A stretch of DNA of 64,000 nucleotides, taken from the NCBI GenBank assembly GCA_965645245.1, contig OZ287080.1, forward strand, positions 1,612,001-1,676,000, read 5' to 3'. Below are positions 60,392-64,000 of this stretch, piece by piece; the stretch's first letter is position 1; each line of letters starts with the position of its first letter. Made by a program: the position numbers and the translations under genes. This DNA comes from Massalongia carnosa (taxonomy: Eukaryota). Under the pieces are notes generated by a model that saw only the letters and a list, made by a program, of their open reading frames with translations, made no database searches and was not told the DNA's origin.

Positions 60392-61970
60392 ATGCCTTAC
60401 AAAATTGCCATGGTCAGCGACTTCTTCTTTCCGCAGCCTGGAGGAGTCGAGAGCCACATATATCAAGTATCAACAAAACTTATCGACCGTGGCCATAAGG
60501 TGGTTATCATCACCCACGCGTACGAAGGTCGGACGGGTATTCGGTACCTGACGAATGGCCTGAAGGTGTATCATGTCCCGTTCTTTGTGATTTATCGAGA
60601 GACGACGATGCCGACGGTCTTTTCGTTCTTTCCCATATTTCGTAACATCATCATCAGGGAGGAAATCGAGATCGTTCATGGCCATGGGAGTCTGAGTAAT
60701 TTATGTCATGAAGCTATTCTCCATGGCAGGACGATGGGGTTGCGGACGGTGTTTACGGACCATTCGCTTTTTGGATTTGCCGATGCGGCAAGTATCTTGA
60801 CGAATAAACTCCTGAAGTTTGCTCTAAGCGACGTGGATCATGTTATTTGTGTGAGCCATACATGGCAAGTATCCAAACACGCTGTATCTGGCATTCTGCT
60901 AAACATTTCGCAGTAAAGAAAATACTGTGCTCCGTGCTTCCTTGGATCCGCTAATGGTTTCTGTAATCCCAAATGCGTTGGTTGCAGAGAATTTTGAGCC
61001 TCTCTCATATAACGCAAATAAGAAAAGTACTCAGCAATCCACCTCCCATGTTGCTCAGCCTCCACCGCCGCCGCAGCGCCTTGGGCCCCAGGAGATGATC
61101 ACAATTGTCGTGATATCGCGACTGTACTACAACAAAGGCACAGATCTACTAATCGCTGTGATCCCACGTATCCTTGCCAACGATCCACATGTTCGATTTA
61201 TTATTGCAGGCTCAGGGCCAAAAGCCATTGATCTTGAGCAAATGCTGGAACGCCGTGTTTTGCAAGATAGGGTGGAAATGCTTGGCCCAGTCCGTCATGA
61301 AGAAGTTCGAGACGTTATGGTTAGGGGGCAGATTTACTTGCATCCCAGCCTAACTGAAGCCTTTGGAACTGTCATCGTGGAAGCCGCAAGTTGTGGCCTC
61401 TACGTGGTATGTACCCGGGTGGGTGGTATTCCCGAGGTGCTTCCACAACACATGACCACTTTCGCCAAGCCCGAAGAGGATGATTTGGTGAATGAGACCC
61501 GGAAAGCCATCGCAGCCTTAAGGGCTAACAAAATCCGCACGGAACGCTTCCACGACCAAGTGAAAATGATGTACTCGTGGAGGGACGTAGCGGAGCGCAC
61601 CGAACGTGTCTACGATGGGATCACGGGGGCATTAAGCGAGGAAGAGTTCTATGGAGATAACTCCGGCAGTGGCTGGTCTGCAACCCGGGGAAGAGCCGGA
61701 GTGCAAAGCTTTGCGCTAATTGACCGCCTTAAACGATACTACGGCTGTGGTATTTGGGCCGGAAAACTCTTCTGCATGTGTGTGGTCATAGACTATCTGC
61801 TTCTTCAATTCCTGGAAATTTGGGCTCCAAGAGCGAGTATAGACATTGCGAAAAACTGGCCTCAGAAGGTTGGTAGGGAGGTACGCACAGATGAGGAGTT
61901 GGATAAGGCCAGGCCTTTGAGGAGGACGAATGCTCGGGAGTCCGTTTCGAGAAGGGATCGGCGATATTGA
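60392..61970 (+). CDS. GPI3: Phosphatidylinositol N-acetylglucosaminyltransferase catalytic subunit (PIG-A/Gpi3/Spt14), 2 exons
   Basis: [67 protein letters not shown]...[19 protein letters not shown] intron 60865-60913. Confidence 0.95.
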
Positions 61971-63877
61971 TCGCCAGTCACTATTTTATACCCCATCCAA
62001 TCAGAACTCAACGCCATCCATCCCACTCCAATGTTATCGGCAGCCATCCTATCTCCTTTATATCAGCAGCTGATGGTTGTATTGCGAGCTTGAAATCATG
62101 ACGAACTCCTTATCTGCGCATCTACGGCGGCAGAAAAGTAAGTGCTAGCTTAAGATAATACCTTCGGGTTGGCAGCCGTTGGAACCTACGCCACGCATTT
62201 GTGTTTGCTTTGGCAACTCATTTGACGACAGTCGAGTTTATCAGTCTTGAAAGTTATAGTCGCAAGCAATAAAACGCAAAAAATTGGCAGCGTCTTCCGA
62301 ACAGGACGCTGGCCGAGTCTGACTGATCGAGAAGTGTCTGGATTCCTAGAGATTGGGAAGCTGATTGATATTCAGAGGTCCTTGTCCATTTTCCCAAGGA
62401 CGATACCAACTCTGCTCACAGAGGGATTTTAATTCACTCTATACCCACCATTAAAACTCCATCTTTTATTCCTCGAAATTTGCCTTTCACTAAAGCTTTA
62501 AAAAGCGGCTCTGAACATTAGTGGGGAAATATTTCACTCTCTGCTTTACCTTCGCCTCTGCATATTCCCAGAGTTGCGAAGAGAGTCGAAACTCTACCAT
62601 CGGACAGGGAACAAACAAGGTACAGCCAAAGAGGATGAGAGCAGGAAATCTCGTTACAGAGCGATGCCAGTCGAAGCGGAAAGATCCTAAAGCTAACGAA
62701 CGTTTATTAAGTTATAAACTTGCACGATAGGCAGCGGCGTGTTCTCCCAGGTTATTCAACCCTTCTTATCAACACCCCCTTCAACCACTCTTGCTCCATT
62801 CCCTAAACATATCCACTGCTACCGCCATTTCATGTTTTTGTTCCAGTCCCGTCTGTCTATCAATTCTCCTTTCCGAACCTTGGGGGACGACCCCTTCAAC
62901 TCACGACTGAGGTCGGTGTGGATTTTCCGGTGCAAGAATATGAAATTCCCGAACACTCCCGGCTCCCTATGGATACATATGGCTGGATACACGTAAGTTA
63001 ATGCTGGACATCTGAATGAACCAGCAGTTGTTGTATTATCAGCAATGTTTATTATTCCTTTTCGTGATTTTAAAAACTCACTAGACGTTAGTCACCGCAA
63101 GGGTTTTTCAAATAGAATACCTACTTACGGTCTTGTGGGTGGATGATAACTTTAGATAATTAGGATACTATGCAAATTCCGAGATGGAGGATTTTTAATT
63201 ATTATTAATTCATTAAGCGTATGCATCCTAAGGATATGACGCTGTGACTGCTATTTATGTACATAAACAACAGTCAGGAAGTGGAAACCTGGCCCCCAGG
63301 GTAAAACCACTCCCTTGTTCCATGTTGAACGCAACGAGACCGTCCTTCTACCACGCGGTGCATACACCCAGATCTTCAAGCGCTAGGAATCCTATAGACT
63401 CGATGAACTAGACAGTGTATTTCCACACGTTCGACGAACGTTCTCTCTCTTTAAACGTTTTGATTCAATGGAGGAAAGACTGGCCGTGATCGAGGGCAGA
63501 TCGTGGTGTCGTATAAATGAAGGTGTGTAAGTGTGGCCATTCTAAATGAATGGGCTTTTTCGATGTGGTGAAAGGCTTCCGCCTGAGGGATGTGGCCATT
63601 CCGAATGAATGGGCTTTGTATGTGTGCCTTCGAGGTGACGAATGATCAGTAGAGACGTTGATCGTTCAAATGGCCACCGAGGTGGACTTCCGCGTTGGCG
63701 ATGATCAGATATTGGCCACCTCCGAGGAGGTGTTGATAGCCTGCATCACGTAGAGGTTTCTGACCCAGCAGGCCCGAGATGGAGGATGATTATTACAACA
63801 TTCCTCGTTGTTATATGTATGTACATGATATGACAAAGGCCCGATAGAATTCTAACTTCTCAAGGGGAGTTTTTTTC

Positions 63878-63987
63878 AACTTCTTCCTCTTCTTCTTCTT
63901 CTTCTTCCTATGCCTTCATGTACATACATACACACGTACGTACATACATACATACATACATACATACATACATACATACATACATAC
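63878..63987. repeat. (TTC)n and (CATA)n microsatellites
   Basis: Direct reading of the runs. Confidence 0.95.
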
Positions 63988-64000
63988 GATGATGCTATTT

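Overview
This is eukaryotic DNA from a filamentous ascomycete (Pezizomycotina, inferred from short spliceosomal introns with CTAAC-type branch points and from gene content). It holds about 20 protein-coding genes, most of them intron-containing: a membrane-anchored lectin-like protein, a GH63 glucosidase I homologue, a homeobox/C2H2 transcription factor, two GPI/cell-surface proteins, an MFS permease, POA1, MIS12, CENP-X/MHF2, a MIF-domain protein, a CCCH protein, SAP18, NDUFB4, a GST, a BTB protein, an NmrA-like reductase, RCM1, DBP6, a GNAT and PIG-A/GPI3. It also carries a tRNA-Gly(TCC) with a defective acceptor stem, a full-length but doubly frameshifted pogo/Fot1 transposon with 58-bp TIRs, a deleted pogo relic, a 70-bp fold-back element, probable pseudogenes and dense simple repeats. 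I found no CRISPR, Starship captain, biosynthetic cluster or convincing new multi-gene system. The most notable points are gene-level oddities: a homeodomain lacking Asn51, a glucosidase I with a C-terminal anchor, the fold-back element, a transposon sitting in a possible kinase relic, and a GC-AG intron. All family assignments come from motif recognition by eye, without database searches.
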